From: Candidatus Aminicenantes bacterium
Lineage (GTDB): Bacteria > Acidobacteriota > Aminicenantia > Aminicenantales > Aminicenantaceae
NCBI GenBank assembly: GCA_030603565.1
Contig: JAUVXM010000007.1
Span: 176 to 64,175, forward strand
Direction of reading: 5' to 3'
Length of the DNA: 64,000 nucleotides
A program made the position numbers and the translations under genes. Below the pieces are notes generated by a model. It saw only the letters and a program-made list of their open reading frames with translations, was not told where the DNA came from and searched no databases. Positions 7,912-17,621 of the stretch are shown in pieces; the first letter of the stretch is position 1; every line of letters starts with the position of its first letter.

Positions 7912-10900
7912 GTGTTTATGAAAAATAAAAAATTGATTCCGGTTTTTTGGGTAGCATTAATATTCTTAACAGCGATTTCTTCTCAAGGAAAACAGTCTTC
8001 TGAAAAAAAGGCATTCAAATACAATGAAGATGTGTATAAAGCTATGCAGTGGCGCTGTATAGGCCCTTACCGCGGAGGAAGAGCTACTGCGGTGGCTGGG
8101 ATACCGGGGGAACCCTATACCTATTATTTCGGCTCAACAGGGGGAGGAGTATGGAAGACAGAGGATGGCGGGATTAATTGGACTCCGGTTTCAGACGGTT
8201 TTTTTAAGACTGGTTCGGTAGGTGCGATTGCTGTATCAGAGTGGGATTCTAATGTCGTGTATGTGGGAATGGGAGAGGCGCCCATCCGGGGTAATGTATC
8301 TCACGGGGATGGTATATATAAATCAACAGATGCCGGAAAGACCTGGAAACATATAGGGCTTTCAAATACCAGCCAGATATCCAGGATAAGGATACACCCA
8401 CGTAACCCCGACCTTATATATGTTGCTGCTCTCGGCCATATTTATGGACCGAACAAGGAGCGGGGGATATTCAGATCCAAGGATGGAGGGCAGACTTGGG
8501 AGAAAGTGCTGTTCCGAAGTGATAAGGCTGGTGCTATAGATCTGATCCTTGCTCCAAATAATCCAAGAATTATTTTTGCATCTATTTGGGAAGCGGGGCG
8601 TACTCCCTATAGTTTAAAAAGCGGTGGCCCCGGGAGCGGGCTTTTTAAATCATCTGACAGCGGGGACAGCTGGGTAGAAATTTCCCGGAACCAAGGGCTT
8701 CCCAAAGGTGAGCTTGGAAAGATCGGAATAACGGTATCGCCAGCAAAGATTGGTAGAGTTTGGGCTATTATAGAGGCTAAAAACGGGGGGGTTTTTCGTT
8801 CGGATGACGAAGGTGAGACCTGGACTAAAGTGAATGAAGAGCGCAGACTGCGTCAGCGGGCCTGGTATTACAGCCGGATCTATGCAGATCCAAAGAGCAG
8901 CGAAACTGTATATGTTTTAAATACTGGGCTTTACCGCTCAGTCGATGGTGGAAAGACCTACTCTTCTATCAGGGTTCCTCATGGTGACAATCATGACCTC
9001 TGGATCGCGCCGGATAATCCGGACCGGATGATAAATTCAAATGACGGCGGAGCTAATGTTACTTATAATGGAGGAATATCGTGGACAGAGCAGGATAATC
9101 AGCCCACAGCCCAATTTTATCATGTCACAACAGATGAGCGGTTTCCATATTGGGTATATGGTGCCCAGCAGGATAACAGCACTGTCAGAATTGCCAGCCG
9201 GACTTCAGGAAGCGGGATTGACAAGACATACTGGCATGCAGTAGGCGGGGGGGAAAGTGGATACATTGCACCCAGGACTGATAATCCTGATATTGTTTAT
9301 GCTGGAAGTTACGGAGGCCTTATTACTCGTTGGGATTATAAAACCCGTCAGAGCCGGATTATATCACCCTGGCCCGAAAATCCAATGGGATGGGGTGCCG
9401 GTGACCTGAAATACAGGTTTCAATGGACTTTTCCGATCCTGGTTTCAAGATTTGACCCTGATGTTTTATATTGCGCTGCTCAGGTTCTTTTTAAATCCTA
9501 TAATGAGGGACAGAGCTGGACTGTAATTAGCCATGACCTTACAACCAATGATAAAAGCAAGCAGAAAAAATCCGGAGGGCCAATTACCTTTGATGATACC
9601 AGCGTGGAATACTACTGTACTATTTTTTCTCTGGCTGAGTCTGTTTTTGACCCGAATATCCTCTGGGTAGGAACGGATGACGGGCTTGTTCATATTACCA
9701 AAAATGGAGGAAATTCATGGCAGGATATAACTCCTAAACAGATGCCGAAATGGAGTCTTATAAGTATGATCGATACTTCGACTTTTGGGGCAGGGAGAGC
9801 ATTTATAGCTGTTGATAGGCATGAACTGGATGATTTTTCTCCTTATATTTATAAGACGGATAATTTTGGGATGACCTGGAAAAAGATAACCAATGGACTT
9901 CCTGAAAATACGTTTGTCCGGGTTGTCCGGGAAGATCCCGAACGCAAAGGCCTGTTATATGCAGGTACTGAGACGGGAGTATTCGTATCCTTTGATAGTG
10001 GGGAAAACTGGCAATCCCTTCAACTTAACCTGCCGGTTGTTCCTGTTCATGATATGGTTGTAAAAGAAGATGATCTGGTAATAGCTACGCATGGGCGTTC
10101 TTTTTGGATTTTAGATGACCTTTCCCCTCTGCAACAGCTTACACAGGAGGTATTAGGGTCAGATATTTTTCTATTCAGACCCATATCAGCTTACCGGATG
10201 GGGGGAAGAAGTTATCCAAGGACTAATATCGGCCAAAATCCTCCTTCCGGGTCGGTAATATATTATTACCTTAAAGAAACTTTAGATGAAGAAGTAACCC
10301 TGGAATTTTCAGATATGAAAGGGGATCTTATCAAAAGATTTTCCAGCCAGAAAAAAAGAGACAATGATGATCCTAACTCTCAGAGAAGTTTCCGCAGGAA
10401 GGGAAGCGGAGAAATTGTTTCCACCGATAAGGGGATGAACCGTTTTACCTGGAACATGAGATATCCGGATGCAGTTGAGGTTCCTGGTGCTGTTATGTGG
10501 GGGGGCATGCTCAGCGGGCCGATTGCGGTTCCGGGACAATATCAGGTCAAATTGATAGTTGGAGATAAATCAATGACCAGGACCTGGGAATGGAGGAAAG
10601 ATCCTCGAGTGAGGGCCTCCCAGTTTGATTTTTTAAGGCAATTTGATCTTCTTATAAAAATACGGGATGAGATAACTGAGGTAAATAAGTCTATCAATAG
10701 GCTGAGGAATATAAAAGATCAGATTAGGGAGCTTTTAAAAAAGATAAAAGTAGAGGAAAAAACCAAAGAAATTATCACTGCAGGTGAAACACTGCTTAAG
10801 AAACTGACGGAAATTGAAGATATGCTTATCCAATCAAAGTCAAAGAGCGGCCAGGACCCTCTAAATTATCCCATATTACTGGATAATAAAATCGCAGCAT

Positions 10901-11103
10901 TGGCCCGAGTAGTAGCGAGCGCAGATGCCCGTCCCACAGATCAATCATATCAGGTTTTTAAGGAATTATCTTCTAAAGCTAGTGCCCAGATGGGTTTGTT
11001 GAGATTAATAATTAAACGTGATCTTCCTGAATTTAATAAACTTGTAAGAAAGGAAGATATCCCGGCGATTATACTTAACTTAGATACCGGAAATAGGAAA
11101 TAG
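7912..11103 (+). CDS. Secreted VPS10/sortilin-like BNR (Asp-box) repeat beta-propeller protein with Lys/Glu-rich coiled-coil C-terminal tail
   Basis: Signal peptide; recurrent S-x-D-x-G-x-T-W Asp-box motifs (STDAGKTWKHIG, SKDGGQTWEKV, SVDGGKTYSSI, TKNGGNSWQDI) and W..IGP..GGR.T motif characteristic of the Sortilin-Vps10/GH74-like fold. Confidence 0.8.
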   Translation: MFMKNKKLIPVFWVALIFLTAISSQGKQSSEKKAFKYNEDVYKAMQWRCIGPYRGGRATAVAGIPGEPYTYYFGSTGGGVWKTEDGGINWTPVSDGFFKTGSVGAIAVSEWDSNVVYVGMGEAPIRGNVSHGDGIYKSTDAGKTWKHIGLSNTSQISRIRIHPRNPDLIYVAALGHIYGPNKERGIFRSKDGGQTWEKVLFRSDKAGAIDLILAPNNPRIIFASIWEAGRTPYSLKSGGPGSGLFKSSDSGDSWVEISRNQGLPKGELGKIGITVSPAKIGRVWAIIEAKNGGVFRSDDEGETWTKVNEERRLRQRAWYYSRIYADPKSSETVYVLNTGLYRSVDGGKTYSSIRVPHGDNHDLWIAPDNPDRMINSNDGGANVTYNGGISWTEQDNQPTAQFYHVTTDERFPYWVYGAQQDNSTVRIASRTSGSGIDKTYWHAVGGGESGYIAPRTDNPDIVYAGSYGGLITRWDYKTRQSRIISPWPENPMGWGAGDLKYRFQWTFPILVSRFDPDVLYCAAQVLFKSYNEGQSWTVISHDLTTNDKSKQKKSGGPITFDDTSVEYYCTIFSLAESVFDPNILWVGTDDGLVHITKNGGNSWQDITPKQMPKWSLISMIDTSTFGAGRAFIAVDRHELDDFSPYIYKTDNFGMTWKKITNGLPENTFVRVVREDPERKGLLYAGTETGVFVSFDSGENWQSLQLNLPVVPVHDMVVKEDDLVIATHGRSFWILDDLSPLQQLTQEVLGSDIFLFRPISAYRMGGRSYPRTNIGQNPPSGSVIYYYLKETLDEEVTLEFSDMKGDLIKRFSSQKKRDNDDPNSQRSFRRKGSGEIVSTDKGMNRFTWNMRYPDAVEVPGAVMWGGMLSGPIAVPGQYQVKLIVGDKSMTRTWEWRKDPRVRASQFDFLRQFDLLIKIRDEITEVNKSINRLRNIKDQIRELLKKIKVEEKTKEIITAGETLLKKLTEIEDMLIQSKSKSGQDPLNYPILLDNKIAALARVVASADARPTDQSYQVFKELSSKASAQMGLLRLIIKRDLPEFNKLVRKEDIPAIILNLDTGNRK

Positions 11104-11285
11104 AAAATAGTAAATAGTAAATAGAAAAACCGTGAAAAGTGAAATGGGAAATGTAAGGAAAAGCAGTAAATAGTAAATGGAAAATGGGATGAAAAGGCGG
11201 AAAATGGAAAATAGAAAATGGGGGAGAAGAAGTGAATCGTAAAACGCAAAATCTGAAAAAAACAGGAAAAACAGGCAGGAAGTCA
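11101..11285. repeat. Family E purine-rich repeat array (tandem degenerate AAATAGTAAATGGAAAATGG units)
   Basis: Direct reading; it overlaps the VPS10-like stop and the mis-called start of the next ORF. Confidence 0.7.
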
Positions 11286-11288
11286 GGA

Positions 11289-12707
11289 ATGTACAACAAA
11301 GTCGATAAAAACATTATTACACAATTAGAAAAAATCGTTGGGTTAAAAAATGTTATCGTTGATCCGGAAAAGATGGTGGATTACAGTCATGATGAATTTT
11401 CTCTTGATGAGATAGCCCGTAATCCGGATGCGGTTGTCAAACCAGTTAGTACAGAAGAGATAGCAGAGATATGCAGGCTTGCGAATACCAAAAAGATACC
11501 TGTGACTCCCAGAGCAGGAGCTACCGGGCTTTGCGGAGGATGTGTTCCCGCTTTTGGGGGGATCGTAGTATCGGTTGAAAGGATGAACCGTATAATCGAA
11601 ATTGATATGAAAAATCAGATGGCAGAAGTAGAAGCTGGGGTCAATTTAAGGGATTTTTATGCAGAGGTAGAAGAGGCCGGTCTGTTTTTTCCTCCCCATC
11701 CCGGAGATGAAAGTGCTATGTTCGGAGGACTTGTAGCAACAAATGCCGGGGGAGCAAGAGCTGTAAAATATGGTGTTATAAGAAATTATATTCGGGGGTT
11801 AGAGGTAGTACTTCCATCAGGTAATGTTATTCGTCCTGGTGGAAAATTAATGAAAAGCAGTTCCGGTTATAACCTATTAAACCTGTTTATAGGCTCAGAG
11901 GGAACCCTGGGAATTGTATCCCATATAATTATTCAACTAATGCCGCCTCCTGCAGTTTTGCGTTCTCTTATCATTCCCTATGATAATTTACATGATGCAA
12001 TAGAGACTGTACCCCTTATGATAAAAAGAAAGATATTACCTTTGGCCGTAGAATTTGTCCCCAGAGAAGTGATTGTAATAACCGAGAATATGCTTAATAA
12101 AAAATGGCCCTGTACTCAGGGAAATACTTACTTGCTTGTGATCTTGGATGCAGCAGGAGCAGAGGAGATGGACAGGCTCTCTGAAACCGTAGCTGAAGTC
12201 TGTCTTGAAAAAGGGGCCATCGATGTTTTTGTGGCAGATGATCCCAAGAAACAGGAACTGGTGCTGGACATAAGAAGCAAGATGTATGAGTCGATAAAAG
12301 AGTATAATATTGAAACTCTGGACATTGTTGTCCCGCGTGGAGAGATAGCCAATCATGTAGAAAAAATTGTTGAAGTCCAAAATAAGTTTGGACTTTGGCT
12401 TCCCACTTACGGACATGCAGCCGATGGAAATGTTCATACTCACATTATGAGTGCACGCTTGGAGGGTGGGAAAATAATTCCTTTATCGGAAGATGATTGG
12501 AAAGAAAAACTGAACCAGGTAAGAAACGAGCTCTATCGCGATTGTAAAGACAGAGGAGGTATGATATCTGGTGAACATGGTATCGGAATTGTCAAGAAGG
12601 ATTATCTGCCTTATGTAATAGACAAAGAAGAGATCTCGCTTATGAAAGGGATTAAGCATGTTTTTGATCCTAACAATATTATGAATCCAGGCAAGATTTT
12701 TGACTGA
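11289..12707 (+). CDS. FAD-linked oxidase, GlcD/D-lactate dehydrogenase family (PCMH-type FAD-binding domain plus C-terminal FAD-oxidase domain)
   Basis: PRAGATGLCGG...GxGxxG-like FAD motif, GSEGTLG, C-terminal HGIGIVKKDYL. The ORF-track start 11232 lies inside the repeat, so the Met at 11289 (MYNKVDKN) is the likelier start. Confidence 0.85.
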   Translation: MYNKVDKNIITQLEKIVGLKNVIVDPEKMVDYSHDEFSLDEIARNPDAVVKPVSTEEIAEICRLANTKKIPVTPRAGATGLCGGCVPAFGGIVVSVERMNRIIEIDMKNQMAEVEAGVNLRDFYAEVEEAGLFFPPHPGDESAMFGGLVATNAGGARAVKYGVIRNYIRGLEVVLPSGNVIRPGGKLMKSSSGYNLLNLFIGSEGTLGIVSHIIIQLMPPPAVLRSLIIPYDNLHDAIETVPLMIKRKILPLAVEFVPREVIVITENMLNKKWPCTQGNTYLLVILDAAGAEEMDRLSETVAEVCLEKGAIDVFVADDPKKQELVLDIRSKMYESIKEYNIETLDIVVPRGEIANHVEKIVEVQNKFGLWLPTYGHAADGNVHTHIMSARLEGGKIIPLSEDDWKEKLNQVRNELYRDCKDRGGMISGEHGIGIVKKDYLPYVIDKEEISLMKGIKHVFDPNNIMNPGKIFD

Positions 12708-12734
12708 GGAGTCCACCCTATTTTATTATTGATT

Positions 12735-12910
12735 GAAGCTTTGCAAGCAAGAATCAGGTTAGTCGATACGAAAACACGCGAATTTTCCCCAGCGAGGAAA
12801 ATCCGCTCGGATACAGTCTTCCCTCTCTTCTCCTTGAAGGAGAAGAACCATGCCCGCTCATCCTTGCTCACGGTTTTCTTAATCAATTAACCTGATTCTT
12901 GCTTAATGCT
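12735..12910. repeat. Hairpin-rich MITE-like element (family D) bounded by ~27-bp inverted repeats AAGCTTTGCAAGCAAGAATCAGGTTA / TAACCTGATTCTTGCTTAATGCTCAGAAGCTT
   Basis: Inner part has hairpins TTTTCCCCAGCGAGGAAAATCC and CTCCTTGAAGGAG followed by GAACCATGCCCGC. The same architecture with different TIRs occurs at 33676-33833; a solo TIR occurs at 58440-58469. Confidence 0.75.
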
Positions 12911-13036
12911 CAGAAGCTTAGAAAAAATGGGGGAACTCCAGCTTTTTTTATTATTTGAACTTTTTAGCGTTCTATATTATCCTATTATTTTCTAACCAAA
13001 AAAAGATATTATGTTTATTGAGTATGGGAGGAGAAT

Positions 13037-16000
13037 ATGGATATACGCCGGTTAACAGCAATTTGCCTGGCGGTTGTATTTTTTTTAGCTCTTGGAATTC
13101 AGCCTGTATATTCAGAGTTACTAACAAAACAAAGAGATTCACAAGAGCCTGAAATATCTTCAGATTTGTTTAAACATCTCTTATGGAGGAATATCGGTCC
13201 GGCAAATATGATGGGCAGGGTTAGTGATGTTGAAGGAGTTCCGGGAAAACCCAATCTTGTTTATGTCGGCTCCGCCAGTGGCGGAATCTGGAAAACAATT
13301 AATAACGGAATAACATGGACGCCGATTTTTGATAAACAATCTGTTGCTTCTATTGGGGATATAGCCTTAGAACCGGGTAATCCGGATGTTATCTATGCCG
13401 GAACCGGAGAGTCCAATGTACGTAACAGTGTGTCTTTCGGAAATGGCATTTATAAATCGACTGATGGAGGCAAGACCTGGGTTCACCTGGGGCTTAAGGA
13501 TACCAGGCATATTTCCCGAATTGTCATAAACCCAAAGAATCCCAAAATCGTTTATGTCGGAGCTCTAGGGCATGCTTACGGATCTAATCCGGCCCGTGGT
13601 GTCTATATGAGTTCGGATAGAGGAAAAAATTGGCAGAGGGTTCTCTATATTGATGACCGCCATGGAGTTGCGGATATGGATATAAATCCTCAAAACCCCA
13701 ATATTGTATATGCAGCCATGTGGCGTTTTGAGCGGAAGCCCTGGACATTTACCAGCGGGGATACAGAAGGGGGTTTATATAAATCTGTTGATAGTGGATC
13801 TACCTGGATTAAACTTTCTAATGGTCTGCCTAAACTTGTCGGACGTATGGGCGTCAAGGTTGCTCCCAGCAATCCGGATATTGTCTATGTTATGACGGAA
13901 GCAAAAAATGGGACTCTCTATAAATCTTACGATGAAGGTGAGTCTTTTCAGGTGGTTTCAAAAAATGTTAAAATCGTTTCAAGGGGTTTTTATTACACTG
14001 ACCTGAGAATCGATCCGAAAGATGAAAACCGGGTTTATGCTGTATCTTCTGGTCTTTATCTCTCTATAGATGGAGGAGAGGAATTTAAACGTATTTCTTC
14101 TTCTACTCATTGCGGCTATCATTCTCTCTGGATCGACCCTTTAAATCCAAAACGGATCTGGCAAGGGCAAGATGGAGGTATCTGTGTATCATATGACAGG
14201 GGAAAGGCCTGGGATTATGTGAATAATTTTCCCATATGCCAATTTTATCAAATCTATGCGGATAATAGAGAGCCTTTTTATTATGTAGGGGGCGGCCTTC
14301 AGGATAATGGTACCTGGTATGGTCCCAGCACCAGTCGGGAGCCCTATGGAATCATGAATGAGGATTGGCGTATGATCAGTTTTGGGGATGGGTTCCATAT
14401 TATTGTCCATCCGGATGACCATGAGTTGTTTATCAGTGAATCGCAAGCAGGCGGTATCGTCAGAACAAACATGAGAACACGAGAGCAGCAGGATGTCAGC
14501 CCCCAGCCGCGGAGAGCGGATGGAGCGCCGGTTTCTAGCTTAAAATACAGATTTAACTGGAATACTCCAATTATTCTTTCTCCGCATGACAAGAATACAG
14601 TCTATGTAGGAGCAAATGTCGTATTTAAATCCACTGATTTTGGAGACACTTGGAAAATTATCAGTAAAGATTTGACGACAAACGAGCCGGAAAAACAAAA
14701 AGTGGCCGGCGGACCTCCATGGCCGGAAAATACGACAGCTGAGTACTATTGTACCATAATAAGCCTGGCTGAATCCCCGGCCCAGCCGGGAGTTCTATGG
14801 GCCGGAACTGATGACGGAAAGCTTCATGTTTCTATGGACGGGGGGGAAGTCTGGAAAAGTGTAGTTAACAGTATTCCGGACCTTCCTTCTGACTCGCCCG
14901 TATCCCATGTTGAACCATCCCATACTTCAGCGGGAATGGCTTATATTTCTTTTGACCGCCATATGTTAGATGATTTCAAGCCTTATGTATTTAGAACTGC
15001 GGATTTTGGAAGGACCTGGATCAATATAACAGGTAACCTTCCGGAAAATGCATATGTGTGGGTGCTCAGGGAAGACCCGAAAAATTCCCGGATTATATAT
15101 GCCGGTACTGAATTAGGGATTTTTGTCTCCTTTTCCAGGGGAGATAAATGGGTAAAACTTAATTTGGGTAACCTGCCGGTAGTAGCAGTACATGATATTC
15201 TTGTACATCCGAGAGATAATGACCTTATCCTGGGGACTCACGGAAGAGGCATCTGGATTCTTGATAGTATTTCTTTGTTACAGGAGATCTCTCCTGAATT
15301 ATTAAAGCAGGAAGCTTATATTTTTACAATAAGGCCGGCTTTGCGCTATGTATCAAAACCCACAAGATACGGGATCGGCGACCGGGTTTTCCGCGGAGAA
15401 AACCCCGATTATGGTGCTTTAATAACTTATTATCTCAAACAGAAGCCCGAAAAAAAATCTAAAGTAAAACTGGAGATCATGAATGAATCAAGGGAAGTCA
15501 TCCGTGCTATTGATGACATACCAAGTGAAGCGGGTCTTAACCGTACGTCTTGGGATTTACGTTACGAGGGGCCATGGAGCAGTAAAAAAGATGAGATAGA
15601 GGAAGATTTTTTCTTTGGCGGACCTCAGGGTCCCCAGGTTTTACCAGGTACATATACAATTCGTATTTCTATTGGAGAAAGATCGTTTGAAAAGCCACTG
15701 AGAGTAAGGATGGACCCGGCCGTTGAAACTGCTCCAGAAGATATTGCGATGCAGCTTGAATATACTTATAAACTGAGAGATTGGCAGTCCACCTTGAACC
15801 GGGGGATCAGTGCCCTGGACACTCTTGAAGCCCAGCTAAAAGAACGGAAAAAAACACTTGAAAACTCAGCAGTCGAATTCCCGGAGGAAGTAAGGAATGC
15901 TATAGAAAGTAACTTAAAAAAAATATCCGGCATCCGGGATATCCTTATTCGTCCTGAAGGAAAGCCGTTTTGGAGTGAAGGGCCGCGGCTGTTGGGAAGG

Positions 16001-16264
16001 ATTCGCAGCCTTTTCCGTAATATCGAGGGAGTAAATGCTATTCCGACGAGGGCTCAAGTGATTTATCTTAATGAATTAAAGAAAGAATTCGAAACAGCGG
16101 TCGCATCTATAAACAATTTCTTAAGTGATTCAGTAAAGGAACTGAATGACTTATTTTCTCAGAAAAAGACTCCCTTGTTGCTTGTACCTAGACTTATTAA
16201 AAATGATGGAAGCTTGAAAAAGTTGCAGGAAAGGCAGGAAAACCAGGAACACGAGAAAAAGTAG
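13037..16264 (+). CDS. Second secreted VPS10/sortilin-like BNR repeat beta-propeller protein (paralog of 7912-11103) with coiled-coil C-terminal tail
   Basis: Same motif set (WRNIGP..MGRVSDV, STDGGKTWVHLG, SVDSGSTWIKL, SMDGGEVWKSV); alignable end-to-end with the first copy by eye at roughly 35-45% identity. Confidence 0.8.
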   Translation: MDIRRLTAICLAVVFFLALGIQPVYSELLTKQRDSQEPEISSDLFKHLLWRNIGPANMMGRVSDVEGVPGKPNLVYVGSASGGIWKTINNGITWTPIFDKQSVASIGDIALEPGNPDVIYAGTGESNVRNSVSFGNGIYKSTDGGKTWVHLGLKDTRHISRIVINPKNPKIVYVGALGHAYGSNPARGVYMSSDRGKNWQRVLYIDDRHGVADMDINPQNPNIVYAAMWRFERKPWTFTSGDTEGGLYKSVDSGSTWIKLSNGLPKLVGRMGVKVAPSNPDIVYVMTEAKNGTLYKSYDEGESFQVVSKNVKIVSRGFYYTDLRIDPKDENRVYAVSSGLYLSIDGGEEFKRISSSTHCGYHSLWIDPLNPKRIWQGQDGGICVSYDRGKAWDYVNNFPICQFYQIYADNREPFYYVGGGLQDNGTWYGPSTSREPYGIMNEDWRMISFGDGFHIIVHPDDHELFISESQAGGIVRTNMRTREQQDVSPQPRRADGAPVSSLKYRFNWNTPIILSPHDKNTVYVGANVVFKSTDFGDTWKIISKDLTTNEPEKQKVAGGPPWPENTTAEYYCTIISLAESPAQPGVLWAGTDDGKLHVSMDGGEVWKSVVNSIPDLPSDSPVSHVEPSHTSAGMAYISFDRHMLDDFKPYVFRTADFGRTWINITGNLPENAYVWVLREDPKNSRIIYAGTELGIFVSFSRGDKWVKLNLGNLPVVAVHDILVHPRDNDLILGTHGRGIWILDSISLLQEISPELLKQEAYIFTIRPALRYVSKPTRYGIGDRVFRGENPDYGALITYYLKQKPEKKSKVKLEIMNESREVIRAIDDIPSEAGLNRTSWDLRYEGPWSSKKDEIEEDFFFGGPQGPQVLPGTYTIRISIGERSFEKPLRVRMDPAVETAPEDIAMQLEYTYKLRDWQSTLNRGISALDTLEAQLKERKKTLENSAVEFPEEVRNAIESNLKKISGIRDILIRPEGKPFWSEGPRLLGRIRSLFRNIEGVNAIPTRAQVIYLNELKKEFETAVASINNFLSDSVKELNDLFSQKKTPLLLVPRLIKNDGSLKKLQERQENQEHEKK

Positions 16265-16329
16265 AATTAAAATTCTAAGTTATTTGAATGAAACAATTTA
16301 CAATTTGCATTTTACTTTATATTATATAT

Positions 16330-16611
16330 ATCGACATTTCTTATGAATAGTCCAGAATAACCTGGATTATTCACGAGATAAGCTTGCCGTAGATACGAGG
16401 CACAGGGTATGAAGCTGTGGACTCCACTGCGAATAGCCTGTAACGAAGTAGATGCGGTAAGATCATCTCGCCTGAAAGGTAAGAAATGTCGATTATTAGT
16501 AAAGATTATATCGAAAACGAAATGATTAATTATCTATCGGCAGTAATCAATATAAAATATTGGCATAAAAGAACTATTAAACATATCGACATTTCTTATG
16601 AATAGTCCAGG
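16330..16611. repeat. Composite repeat block: right-TIR (16330-16355), A-core in minus orientation (16361-16493), AT-rich conserved spacer, right-TIR (16585-16611) abutting the RBS of the downstream gene
   Basis: ATCGACATTTCTTATGAATAGTCCAGG occurs twice. The spacer TTATATCGAAAACGAAATGATTAATT is also present at 59060-59090. Confidence 0.85.
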
Positions 16612-16626
16612 TTAAAGGAGAATAAC

Positions 16627-17616
16627 ATGGTTGATGTAAGCACTTCTTATATGGGTATGAAGTTAAAAAACCCTATAATTGTAGCTAGCAGTGATTTATC
16701 CCGGGATGCGGATGGAGTGAAAAAATGTGCTGATGCTGGGGCCGGAGCAGTAGTATTAAAATCTATTTTTGAAGAACAATTTTTTGCAAGCAGCAATATT
16801 TCGGAGAATAGATTTCCTCTTCATCCTGAAGCTCTGGATTATTTGCGAGCCGGGGGGTTGTTGGAATACGGTCCCGATGAAATGTGCCGGGAAATCGATA
16901 AAGCTAAAAAAGATGTCGAAATCCCTATCATTGCGAGTGTAAACTGTAGGACACCTTCTCTTTGGCCAAGGTTTGCCAACCAGGTGGAGGAAGCCGGAGC
17001 TGATGCGCTTGAGCTGAATATTTATGACCTTCCGCTCAAATTGGATATTTCCGGCTCAGAACATGAAAATAATTACACTAAAATTTTAAAGGAAGTAAAA
17101 AAGGAAGTTGTTATTCCAATTTCCATTAAGCTTACCCCAGAGGTGTCATCGCTTCCTAATTTAAGTAAAAAGTTATCTCAGGCTGGGAGTGATGCCTTTG
17201 TTTTTTTCAACTGGTTCCTGGAACCTGATATCGATATTGATAACATCAGGACTATCAGTCGTAAAGGAAAAGGTAATTTTAACCATTCGTTAAGATGGGT
17301 GGCTCTTTTGGCCGGAAGGATTGATGCTGATATTTCTGCATCTGGAGGAGTAGGCAGGGCTGATGATGTAATAAAACAAATACTGGCTGGAGCTTCTGCA
17401 GTACAAGTCTGTACACTTTTTTATAAGAAAGGCCTTTCTGAGATACAAAGACTGTTGCAAGGCCTGGAAGCCTGGATGGAGAAAAAGAAGTTTAATTCTG
17501 TGGCGGATTTTAAAGGAGAGCTGTCTTTTAAAGAACAAGAATTGAGTGTTAAAGGCCTGGGCGAGGCTGAAAGTTATTTCAGAACACAGTATTTGAAGGT
17601 ATTTAAAGTCAAGTGA
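16627..17616 (+). CDS. Dihydroorotate dehydrogenase-like TIM-barrel flavoprotein (DHO_dh/DHPD superfamily); exact substrate unclear
   Basis: N-terminal MKLKNPIIVASSDLSRDADGVKKCADAGAGAVVLKSIFEE resembles class-1 DHOD/PreA-type FMN-binding barrels; glycine-rich C-terminal phosphate-binding region SGGVGRADDV. Confidence 0.65.
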   Translation: MVDVSTSYMGMKLKNPIIVASSDLSRDADGVKKCADAGAGAVVLKSIFEEQFFASSNISENRFPLHPEALDYLRAGGLLEYGPDEMCREIDKAKKDVEIPIIASVNCRTPSLWPRFANQVEEAGADALELNIYDLPLKLDISGSEHENNYTKILKEVKKEVVIPISIKLTPEVSSLPNLSKKLSQAGSDAFVFFNWFLEPDIDIDNIRTISRKGKGNFNHSLRWVALLAGRIDADISASGGVGRADDVIKQILAGASAVQVCTLFYKKGLSEIQRLLQGLEAWMEKKKFNSVADFKGELSFKEQELSVKGLGEAESYFRTQYLKVFKVK

Positions 17617-17621
17617 AATAT

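Noticed and set aside
10950-11314. Minus-strand ORFs 10950-11249 and 11075-11314 (F/S/P-rich)
   Set aside because: They are translations of the purine-rich family E repeat's complementary strand and overlap the end of the VPS10-like gene; low complexity.
12955-13152. 65-aa ORF upstream of the second VPS10-like gene
   Set aside because: It overlaps the signal-peptide-encoding start of 13037-16264 in another frame and has no support.
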